A stretch of DNA of 64,000 bases, taken from assembly GCA_049509875.1 (NCBI GenBank), contig JBEKZM010000008.1, positions 42,125 to 106,124 on the forward strand, read 5' to 3'. Below are positions 44,257-51,709 of this stretch, in pieces. The notes under the pieces were generated by a model. It was given only the letters and a program-made list of their open reading frames with translations, was not told the origin of the DNA and did not search any database. Both the position numbers and the translations under genes were made by a program. The stretch's first letter is position 1. Each line of letters begins with the position of its first letter. Source of the stretch: Verrucomicrobiota bacterium. Lineage in GTDB: Bacteria; Verrucomicrobiota; Verrucomicrobiia; Limisphaerales; UBA11358.

Positions 44257-44922
44257 TCAGGGGCGGGATTTCCTGGCAGCGAGAATCCGCTGGTGCCACT
44301 GCTTCAGGTGCGTCTGGGCGCCAGGGAGTTCGTTGTGTCCGGAGTACAGAAAATTGCCGAGCATGCCGGCCAGGTCAAAATCCACAAACCGCGGCTGGTC
44401 GCCGAGCAAATACGGGCGATGCGCCAGCATCGCTTCAAAGGGCTGGAGCCGGATTTCCAGTTGGGCGAGCAAGGCGCCGCGCTGCTCCGCCCATTGCTCC
44501 ACGCAGCCGCGCCCGAAGCGCCGTTCCTTGAAGCGCAGGTATTGTAGCTGGTCCTCGGCGGAAACAAATTCCCGGAAATAAATGTCGTTCAGGCGAAAGG
44601 TGACATCCTCGAGATCGTTCTCGATATAGCGCCAGAGAATGGTCTGTTCGCCTGCCAGTTCCGCGGGAAAAAGGCCAAGCTGGAGCCGCGCATCCAAATG
44701 CTTGGCGACTACCTGTGAATCGTGGTCCCGCTCGAAAATCACGTCCTCGCCGTCCTGCACCACCGGCACGCCGTAATATTTCCCGCGGGTCAGCTTCCAC
44801 ACCAGGCTGCGGTCCTGCGGCGGGATGTTGGTGATGTCGAACGGGTTCCCGGAATAGGTGAGGATGAACCGTGCCACCATGCAGAAATTGCTGAACGGGA
44901 ATTGGATTAAATTTAATTTCAT
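44257..44922 (-). CDS. Glutathione S-transferase-like protein
   Basis: 221 aa with an N-terminal thioredoxin-like fold (LIQFPFSNFCMVARFIL...GKYYGVPVVQDGEDVIFE) and a helical C-domain. Family call by eye. Confidence 0.65.
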   Translation of the reverse strand: MKLNLIQFPFSNFCMVARFILTYSGNPFDITNIPPQDRSLVWKLTRGKYYGVPVVQDGEDVIFERDHDSQVVAKHLDARLQLGLFPAELAGEQTILWRYIENDLEDVTFRLNDIYFREFVSAEDQLQYLRFKERRFGRGCVEQWAEQRGALLAQLEIRLQPFEAMLAHRPYLLGDQPRFVDFDLAGMLGNFLYSGHNELPGAQTHLKQWHQRILAARKSRP

Positions 44923-45046
44923 GCGGTCATCAAATCATTGTGCTGTCGCTCCACCGCCTCCCAGCCTCGAATTTTACAACCGTCGATTTCCAAAGGATGA
45001 CCATAAATCCGGTTCAGTTCCGGTTCAACCGAATAGTGATGTAAAA

Positions 45047-45082
45047 TCGCGGTGATTCTGTCGGGTTTCGGGGTGCAGGGAG
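45047..45082 (+). repeat. Transposon end motif, ATPase-distal (left) end
   Basis: tcgcggtgattcTGTCGGGTTTCGGGGTGCAGGGag. The first 22 nt are identical to 49153-49174. Confidence 0.8.
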
Positions 45083-45176
45083 TTCCAAGATTCGTGAACA
45101 GGGAAGTAACGCGCCCTTTCGGCGGGCGGTTTTACCGTTTTTCTGAAGCCGGGTTTAACCGGGTAAAAATGTGTTG

Positions 45177-46793
45177 TTAAGCCCCAATTAAATGGGCTTC
45201 AAAATCGACATCGGCGCGGGCGCGGGCTGGCGCTCCAAGGGCGTCCAGATCGGCGCGGCGGCGGCCGGCCGGCGTGGCGGCCTCTGTACCATCGGAATCA
45301 TCTTGCGGACGATCCTGGGCCATCCCCGGCGCCGGCATGGGCGTTATAGACTCCGCTTTGGCTTTCTTGCCGCTAGCAAGGGCAAGATGCAATTTGGTAT
45401 CTGCCGGGATGACTGATTCCTGCATGGCCTTGCGCACGTCGTCAGTTGTCGCCGCTTCCCGGCCGGCGCGCATGGCGATATACCGCGCCCGCTTGGAAAT
45501 TGAATCTATCGCGGCAAGATTGCGCGCCGATGTCTGCGCGTATATGGCCAGCACCCGCAAAACCTGTGCGCCGGCTTCCGGCAAAACCGCTTTGGCGACG
45601 GCCATCAAATCGTCTGCGGACAAACTGCCCGGCAGTGATTCAAAATGGCTGATTCGCCCGGTCAACTGGGCCGAATCCCAGCCAGTCTTCTCAACGGCTT
45701 TTTGCGTCTGGATAAATTGTGGCGTAGAAACCATCGCGATGGGGACGCCTGCATTTGCCATGGTCATCACCCAAACAATCCGGCTGGGAAAACCGTAGCG
45801 AAGATTTCTCTGCGGCCAGAGCCGTTGCGCTTCGTCCAGAACTAAGAGGATGTCGCCCGACAGCAAGACAGATTCAACGCGATCGCGTATTTCGCCGGCT
45901 TTGTAGTTGAGAAAATTTCCCAGTCCAAGACCACGTGCCAACGCACGAAAGAAACTGGTTTCGTCGTTGCTGGGCGGCACTTCAACGAATCGGGCCACGC
46001 CTGGTCGCTGTTCGCACCAGGCGCGGGCGGCATATGATTTGCCGGTGCGCGCTTCGCCTTGCATCAATGTGAGCCCCCGGCTGTAAGCCGTATAGTCAAG
46101 CGTGTCGCAAACTTTTGCCCCCAGCGCCGTCACCACAACGCCCGCGCTCTTCTGTAGGACGAAACTGGCTTTGTATTCGCGCAGCGTCTCAATCAGCCGG
46201 GGATAGTACCAGGGACCGGAATCCAGAGAGGATTCTGGATTCAGGCAAATTTCTTGCAGGAATTTTTCCAAGCCGCTGGCCGCCGCGTCAGAACACGCCT
46301 TAAAAAAATCGTTGGCCGGATAGCTAATGGGATGATTTTGAGCGCGGCGCTTATCGTCTTCTATTTCGCATTGACTCCGGTTGCGGTCAGCGTCAGTCAA
46401 TAGAGCTTCCGCCGAAAGGTATCCGCCAGAGAGCCAGTCTGATTTTTCACCTCTAAGAATAAAGCTTTCTGATTCGTTAAATCTGCCGCGTAATTTCCGC
46501 ACTTGCGCTTCGTTGCAAATTGCTCCCGACTTCAATTTCATGGCTGCCATTTCTTCAGTCTGGATTCTGTCGGGAAATTGGGCGATGACATCTTTGACGA
46601 CGGCGGCAAGGCCGCCAGCCTGGTGCGAAAGATGTTGGAGAAACCAAATTAATTCCCGGTCTGCGGCGGCGTCAATCAATGCACATCGCTTGGCGACCAA
46701 GTTGGCAAGCAGCCCGCGCTCAAATTCGGGGCTGCTGGCGTAGCGCGCCTGATGAAATTTGGAATCGTCTTTTGCCTTGCGGGTCGAACTCAT
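45177..46793 (-). CDS. Transposition AAA+ ATPase (MuB/TniB/TnsC-like core) with long N- and C-terminal extensions
   Basis: Walker A GEARTGKS, Walker B ILLVLDEAQRL. 538 aa: about 230 aa precede the P-loop, and a ~90-aa Ala/Asp/Pro-rich tail follows the core. The start overlaps the transposase stop (ATGA). Confidence 0.85.
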   Translation of the reverse strand: MSSTRKAKDDSKFHQARYASSPEFERGLLANLVAKRCALIDAAADRELIWFLQHLSHQAGGLAAVVKDVIAQFPDRIQTEEMAAMKLKSGAICNEAQVRKLRGRFNESESFILRGEKSDWLSGGYLSAEALLTDADRNRSQCEIEDDKRRAQNHPISYPANDFFKACSDAAASGLEKFLQEICLNPESSLDSGPWYYPRLIETLREYKASFVLQKSAGVVVTALGAKVCDTLDYTAYSRGLTLMQGEARTGKSYAARAWCEQRPGVARFVEVPPSNDETSFFRALARGLGLGNFLNYKAGEIRDRVESVLLSGDILLVLDEAQRLWPQRNLRYGFPSRIVWVMTMANAGVPIAMVSTPQFIQTQKAVEKTGWDSAQLTGRISHFESLPGSLSADDLMAVAKAVLPEAGAQVLRVLAIYAQTSARNLAAIDSISKRARYIAMRAGREAATTDDVRKAMQESVIPADTKLHLALASGKKAKAESITPMPAPGMAQDRPQDDSDGTEAATPAGRRRADLDALGAPARARADVDFEAHLIGA

Positions 46794-48811
46794 GATTTTT
46801 CCTTTCCTTTAAACGGCTTCAGGTGATAGGTGAATTTTCCGCCCTCCTGGGTGAGTGACTGCGGCTTCTCGTCAGTCTCGCCACCGTTTAGAAACTCTGC
46901 CAAGAAGCGGGCGTCGTCAGGCTGCAATTTTTCTTGGGCGCGCTCGGGGACAGCAATGCCGGTGCGTTCAGCGAGCCGTTGCGCCTGGCCGAGTTGCCGG
47001 CGCCGGCGCTTCTGTGTCTCGGCAATCTCGGTTTTTTGGGCGGCAATCTCTGCGCCGAGTTCCACGGCCGGCGTGGCGTTCAACAGCATCCGTGACGGCA
47101 ACGGGAATTTCGCCTTCACGACGTTGTAGCGCGTCTTCATGTATTCGGCCTGTTGCTCAACCCGAGCCAATTCGCGACCCAATGTGCCCGACTCCGGATC
47201 AATCAAGCTTTCGAGTGCGTTCGGTGATTGGGACCGCGCCACGCAAATCGGATTTGTGCGGTCGGGATTGGTGACAACGATTGTCTCGGGGTTTTCGGGA
47301 TCGAACCAAGCGAGTACTTCGCGTCCTACCAGGTGGTCGATTTCCGGCCCGCGATAATTGAACTTCTGTTTACCAACTTGGCTCGTGACGCCGTTCAGCG
47401 TGACAGAGGCAAGGCGCTTGTCATTGGCGAGCAGGTAACGCAAGCCCGCGCCAAATTGCAACGGCGGATTGTTTTGGTCCATGTGAGTCTCAAAAGCCTG
47501 GTCGGGTGATTGGCCGGCGAGAATGCGGCCTTGCTGCGGTTCCGTGTTGTATTGTTCGACAAGCTTGCCGATTCGCTGATTCCATTGGTCGAAAGAATAA
47601 AAATATTTCGACGGATGAACTTTCCGCGTCTCGACTTCCGCCATTTGCGGGCGCAGCGACTCCGGCGCGTCGTGGCGTTCATCACGGCCGCAATAGCCTG
47701 GCTCCGCTTCCGCAATGTCCTGGAACATGCCGCCGATGCGTTCAACGACTTTCGTGCGCGGGCGGATGGCGTGTTTGAACGTCACCCCAAATTCGCGCAA
47801 GCCCTGGCTTATTTCGGTAAAGGTGAATGGATCGGTTTTGCCCTTCAGCAAGGTCGCCCGTTTCCAGATGCCGCGCTCGAAATAGAGAATCTGCGGCACA
47901 CCGTAGGCGGCAAAGATGTGTGTGCAAAGGCTGCGGATCGTGAGCGAGCTATAACTTTTGCGCGGTTCCAACGCCCATCCCAAAATGCGCAGCGAGCGAA
48001 AATCAATGAACAGAATCACCTGGCCGCGCGTGAGGTTAAACCAGCCGTTGCCGTCCGGCACATAAAAGTAGGTGTTGAGCGTGAAGTCATCGCCGGAGAT
48101 GCACTGTAATGAGGATATACCGTCATAGCTGCGCGTGACGTGGCCTTTGATCGCGTCGAATGCGCGCCGGCCCTGGTACATTACCGTCAGAATTTCCACT
48201 TCCGGGCCGACCGATTCCCTGACTGCGGACGGCACATAAGATTTGTTGGCAACCGGGCTGGCGTAACGGGCGAGCGTTTCGGGCGAAAAATTCTTGCCGC
48301 GCAGTAAATCGCGCCACGCTGGCGTGATGTTGCCGCGATAATAGAAGACCGAGCGATGAATCAACAAGTCGCGGTCATTTTCCGGCAGTTCAAAGCGTGC
48401 GCCGTTTTCCTCGCGGCCGTCGCGGAGTGCCTTTACGTCGCCGTTGGAACTGTTCAAGGCTTCCAGTTTTCGTTTCCAGGCGACCCAGAGAGCATCCCGC
48501 GAAGTGGCCAAAAATGAAGCGCGGGCGAAAAGGAATTGCCGGACCTGGCGCGCTGCCGTTTTTTCCGGCGTGCCGGCGCGAACCAATGACGTGAATTTAT
48601 CCAGGGCGAGCGTCCAGACGCCTGCACACTCGGTTTTGTTCGGCGCGTGAGGATTGGTGCAGGCGGCCATGAAGCTTTCCAACTCGGCAAAATCATCGTC
48701 CATCCAACTTGAAGCGGTTGAACAAATGGCAACTCCCGGCCAGCCGCTCCGCAACTGAACCACAACCCGCGCCGGCCGGGCCGCCCTGGCCAGCGCGGAT
48801 TTAATTGCCAT
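46790..48811 (-). CDS. DDE-type transposase of the Mu A / TnsB / Tn552 superfamily
   Basis: RNase-H-like core candidates ISGDDFTLNTYF, ILYFERGIWK and RPRTKVVERIGGMF. C-terminal LASVTLNGVTSQVGKQKFNYRGPEIDHLVGREVLAWFDPENPETIVV resembles the Mu-transposase C-terminal barrel. The maximal ORF starts at 48811, sharing a CATG with the divergent ORF; the alternative ATG at 48703 (MDDDFAELESF) would leave a 106-bp control region. Confidence 0.85.
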   Translation of the reverse strand: MAIKSALARAARPARVVVQLRSGWPGVAICSTASSWMDDDFAELESFMAACTNPHAPNKTECAGVWTLALDKFTSLVRAGTPEKTAARQVRQFLFARASFLATSRDALWVAWKRKLEALNSSNGDVKALRDGREENGARFELPENDRDLLIHRSVFYYRGNITPAWRDLLRGKNFSPETLARYASPVANKSYVPSAVRESVGPEVEILTVMYQGRRAFDAIKGHVTRSYDGISSLQCISGDDFTLNTYFYVPDGNGWFNLTRGQVILFIDFRSLRILGWALEPRKSYSSLTIRSLCTHIFAAYGVPQILYFERGIWKRATLLKGKTDPFTFTEISQGLREFGVTFKHAIRPRTKVVERIGGMFQDIAEAEPGYCGRDERHDAPESLRPQMAEVETRKVHPSKYFYSFDQWNQRIGKLVEQYNTEPQQGRILAGQSPDQAFETHMDQNNPPLQFGAGLRYLLANDKRLASVTLNGVTSQVGKQKFNYRGPEIDHLVGREVLAWFDPENPETIVVTNPDRTNPICVARSQSPNALESLIDPESGTLGRELARVEQQAEYMKTRYNVVKAKFPLPSRMLLNATPAVELGAEIAAQKTEIAETQKRRRRQLGQAQRLAERTGIAVPERAQEKLQPDDARFLAEFLNGGETDEKPQSLTQEGGKFTYHLKPFKGKEKS

Positions 48812-49037
48812 GAATATTGAGGGTCCAATCTACGGCATTGTCAAAATGGTGGTGAAGGATTTGCCCGGCGGTGAATTGGAGATCACGCTAACAGAATCGG
48901 ACGGGACTACTTGGCAAAATGCTGTTCGTTTCCATCGCGGCGATGGGAGTCCTATTACCCTCCGGTCTATGGCCTGGTCACTTGAACGTCAGCGGCGACA
49001 CATCAGTAAATGGAAGGCTTGGAAAATCGTCGGATAA
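48810..49037 (+). CDS. Small hypothetical protein (75 aa) divergent from the transposase
   Basis: ORF only (MNIEGPIYGIVKMVVKDLPGGELEITLTESDG...). It occupies the position a repressor or Ner-type regulator has in Mu-like early regions. No HTH recognised. Confidence 0.3.
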   Translation: MNIEGPIYGIVKMVVKDLPGGELEITLTESDGTTWQNAVRFHRGDGSPITLRSMAWSLERQRRHISKWKAWKIVG

Positions 49038-49152
49038 CGGGCATGTAATGGCCTTTAAACGGCCCTTCTGGCATTCGTTCCACTGCTTAATTTTGAGACA
49101 GAATAGTCACGACGGGCATTTTTTGCCCTCTGCTCTCTGCATCGTAGTTTCT

Positions 49153-49186
49153 TCGCGGTGATTCTGTCGGGTTTTGGGTTGCAGAG
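49153..49186 (+). repeat. Internal copy of the left-end motif (same orientation as the left end) near the right end
   Basis: tcgcggtgattcTGTCGGGTTTTGGGTTGCAGAG. 31 of 34 nt match 45047-45080. Confidence 0.85.
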
Positions 49187-49225
49187 ACGACTTTATTGGG
49201 GTTTTCGACTTCTTTTTGCCGTTTT

Positions 49226-49279
49226 CTCTGCAACCTCAAACCCGACATCGTTTTAAAAGGCGACATTCTCTGCAACCCC
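49226..49279 (-). repeat. Transposon end motif(s), transposase-proximal (right) end
   Basis: CTCTGCAACCTCAAACCCGACA (49226-49247). Its reverse complement matches the 49165-49186 motif at 20 of 22 positions. An outer half-site CTCTGCAACCCC lies at 49268-49279. Confidence 0.8.
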
Positions 49280-49383
49280 TACAACTTGCGTAAGTAGTTG
49301 ATCTTCGAACAAATTAGGCTTAATTCGTCGAAATTCGGCATTCCCGGCAACATCGCCGCGAAGATTCAGTGAAAAGACGGGGC

Positions 49384-49460
49384 TGGTGCGCGCGGCGGGG
49401 GTCGAACCCACAACCTTCGGCTTCGGAGGCCGGCACTCTATCCAATTGAGCTACGCGCGC
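49384..49460 (-). tRNA. tRNA-Arg (anticodon CCG)
   Basis: The reverse complement folds by hand. Acceptor GCGCGCG/CGCGCGC. D arm GCTC-AATTGGATA-GAGT. Anticodon loop CTCCGAA (anticodon CCG). T arm GTGGG-TTCGACC-CCCGC. Discriminator A plus encoded CCA. Confidence 0.9.
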
Positions 49461-49670
49461 AACAAATGAAATTCTGCAACAGTTCCAAACTCCCTTGGGC
49501 GGCCCCGGCTTTTCGAGCGAGACCCGGCATCAGTCTGCCGCCCCAGAATCATGCGAAACATACTATGCGCGGTTTTTCGATGTCAATCGTTTAAACTCCC
49601 GCAACTCCTTCGCTTGATGCCGCAATCCGAATTCCGCACTCGATCCATTCCGCATTCCGGCCCGGCGCCA

Positions 49671-49699
49671 AAGAAAAAAGGACGGTCTGGCGACCGTCC
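49671..49699 (-). terminator. Rho-independent terminator after the Spy/CpxP-like gene
   Basis: The minus strand reads GGACGGTC-gcca-GACCGTCC followed by TTTTTTCTTT. Confidence 0.8.
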
Positions 49700-49727
49700 T
49701 TCGCTGCAAGACAGTAATCTTTATCCC

Positions 49728-50189
49728 TTATTGTTGCGACGTCGCGCCACCCGGGGCCGGGGGAGCGGTGGTGCCACCGGCAGGCGCATTGGTATTGCCG
49801 GCGGGACGCCGACGGGTTCCCATCTTCTGCCATTGGTCGAACTGCGCCTGGGTCAAAATGTCCTTGAGCTTGGCGGTCATGTCGTCGCGGATTTCCTTCA
49901 CTTTGGCGCGCCGATCGGTTGGGCTTACGGACTGGTCCTTGCGCAAATCAGCCAGTTTCTGTCCCATCTCCTCAAAAACCGGTCGCGCTTTTGTTTTCTG
50001 GTCGTCGGTCAGGGCCAATTGAGTGGCGACGTAGTCAAAGTTGATTCCCCCCCGGGCGCCGGGATTCCGCGCCCTGGCCGGCGGCGTATTGGAAGTATTG
50101 GAGGTGTCTTGGGCCTGCATGGCCACATTGGCCCAAAACATCGTGCCGGCGATCAATCCGGCGATCATCAGTGTCTTGTTCAGTTTCAT
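49728..50189 (-). CDS. Periplasmic Spy/CpxP-like protein (LTXXQ motifs)
   Basis: Signal peptide MKLNKTLMIAGLIAGTMFWANVAMQA and two LTXXQ motifs (LTDDQ, LTQAQ). Start trimmed to the ATG at 50189. Confidence 0.7.
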   Translation of the reverse strand: MKLNKTLMIAGLIAGTMFWANVAMQAQDTSNTSNTPPARARNPGARGGINFDYVATQLALTDDQKTKARPVFEEMGQKLADLRKDQSVSPTDRRAKVKEIRDDMTAKLKDILTQAQFDQWQKMGTRRRPAGNTNAPAGGTTAPPAPGGATSQQ

Positions 50190-50271
50190 ACTTAATATTC
50201 GTGTTGTTGTATCCAGCCTCCCATTCGGACGGGTGGCGGTATGGAATCCAGACGGTATGGTTCTGTAAAGG

Positions 50272-51555
50272 TTACAAGGTTCGGAGCACATCGGCCGCGA
50301 TGCGAACGGTCTTATCGATATCCTCCGGCGTGTGCGCCGTGGAGAGAAAACCGGCCTCAAATTGAGAGGGGGCCAGGTAAACCCCCTGGTCCAGCATGCC
50401 GTGGAAGTACTTCTTGAACCGTTCGCGGTCGCTTTTCAGGGCGTCCGCCACGTTGTGGACGGGCTGCTGGGTAAAGTAGGCGCAGAACATGGAGCCGCAA
50501 CGATTGAATTGGACCGGCACCTGCGCACTAGCGACGGCGGCTTTCAGGCCGGCTTCAAGCTGGGCGCCGAGCCCTTCCAGTTGGGAGTAGGCATTTCCGT
50601 CAAGCAGTGCCTGGAGATTGGCAATGCCTGCGGCCATCGCCACCGGATTGCCGCTCAAGGTGCCGGCCTGGTACACCGGTCCCAGCGGAGCGAGATAGTC
50701 CATGATCTCCGCCCGCCCGCCGAAGGCGCCCACTGGGAGACCGCCGCCGATCACCTTGCCGAAGGTGGACAAATCCGGGGTGATGTTAAACCGCTCCTGC
50801 GCCCCGCCTTTGGCCAGCCGGAACCCGGTCATGACCTCGTCAAAAATCAACAGCGCATCGTTTGCCTTGGTGATCTCGGCCAAAAATTCCAGATATCCCG
50901 GCCGGGGAAGGTAGAGACCCGCATTGCCTGGCACCGGCTCCACGATGATGCCGGCAATTTCATTGGGGTTCGCCTCGAAGGCCGCCTCGACCGCCGCGAC
51001 GTCGTTGTAGGGCAGCACGATCGTGTGTTGTGTGAAAGCCGTCGGCACGCCCGCGCTGTCGGGCTGGCCAAACGTCAGGGCCCCGCTGCCGGCCCGTACC
51101 AGCAGCGAATCCACGTGGCCATGATAGCAGCCATCAAACTTGATGATCTTGTCGCGCCGGGTAAACCCGCGCGCCAGCCGGATGGCGCTCATGCAGGCCT
51201 CGGTGCCGCTGTTGGTCATGCGCACTTTTTGCACGCTGGGCACGAGTGTGCAGATCATTTTGGCCATCGTCACCTCCAGCGGATTGGGGATGCCAAAGCT
51301 GGTGCCGTGCTCCGCGGCCGTTTTCACGGCGGCGACGATTTTCGGGTGCGCGTGGCCCAGGATCGCCGGGCCCCAGGTCAGCACGTAATCGATGAGTTCA
51401 TTCCCGTCCACGTCCCAGAGGTGCGCGCCGGACGCTCTGCTCACGAAAAACGGATGGCCGCCCACGGCGCGAAAGGCGCGCACCGGCGAATTGACACCGC
51501 CGGGAATGCAGCGGAGTGCCTCGGAAAACAGAAGTTCAGATTGCGCGCGATTCAT
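50272..51555 (-). CDS. hemL: Glutamate-1-semialdehyde 2,1-aminomutase
   Basis: 427 aa: [17 protein letters not shown]...[10 protein letters not shown]...[16 protein letters not shown]. Confidence 0.93.
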   Translation of the reverse strand: MNRAQSELLFSEALRCIPGGVNSPVRAFRAVGGHPFFVSRASGAHLWDVDGNELIDYVLTWGPAILGHAHPKIVAAVKTAAEHGTSFGIPNPLEVTMAKMICTLVPSVQKVRMTNSGTEACMSAIRLARGFTRRDKIIKFDGCYHGHVDSLLVRAGSGALTFGQPDSAGVPTAFTQHTIVLPYNDVAAVEAAFEANPNEIAGIIVEPVPGNAGLYLPRPGYLEFLAEITKANDALLIFDEVMTGFRLAKGGAQERFNITPDLSTFGKVIGGGLPVGAFGGRAEIMDYLAPLGPVYQAGTLSGNPVAMAAGIANLQALLDGNAYSQLEGLGAQLEAGLKAAVASAQVPVQFNRCGSMFCAYFTQQPVHNVADALKSDRERFKKYFHGMLDQGVYLAPSQFEAGFLSTAHTPEDIDKTVRIAADVLRTL

Positions 51556-51665
51556 GCGGACAAAGTAGCAGCGAACCGGCGGAGAAACAAAGCCAACAAT
51601 TGGCCGAGCGCGGCCCAGGGCGGACGGCTGCTGGGATCGCCCCAGTTTAAAAACAGTCTATTTTT

Positions 51666-51693
51666 TTGACAGGTCCTGCGCTTGGCTTAAACT
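51666..51693 (+). promoter_or_regulatory. Candidate sigma70-type promoter for the rhamnulokinase gene
   Basis: TTGACA (51666-51671), a 16-nt spacer, then TAAACT (51688-51693). Lies 16 nt before the ATG at 51710. Confidence 0.3.
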
Positions 51694-51709
51694 GCCACAG
51701 CAATTTTTT

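Larger units (their letters stand above)
45030..49290 (-). mobile_element. Compact Mu/Tn7-superfamily transposon (transposase + AAA+ ATPase + small divergent ORF); boundaries approximate
   Basis: End motifs TGTCGGGTTTcGGGgTGCAGgG (45059-45080) and its inverted partner CTCTGCAACCTCAAACCCGACA (49226-49247). The two transposition genes are ATGA-coupled. The segment is visibly AT-richer than its flanks. tRNA-Arg lies just outside the transposase-proximal end. No target-site duplication could be identified by eye. Confidence 0.75.

Noticed and set aside
49290-49384. Integrase-type genomic island at tRNA-Arg (looked for a tyrosine or serine integrase and for a duplicated tRNA 3' segment marking the far att site)
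   Set aside because: No integrase-like ORF lies between 44.9 and 49.4 kb. The tRNA 3' half (ggtcgaacccacaacc) does not recur near 45.0 kb. The element has DDE-transposon features instead.
49556-49586. Candidate promoter for tRNA-Arg on the minus strand (TTGACA ... TAGTAT)
   Set aside because: The spacer is only 15 nt for that hexamer pair, and the site is about 100 nt upstream of the mature tRNA 5' end. It cannot be supported without transcript data.
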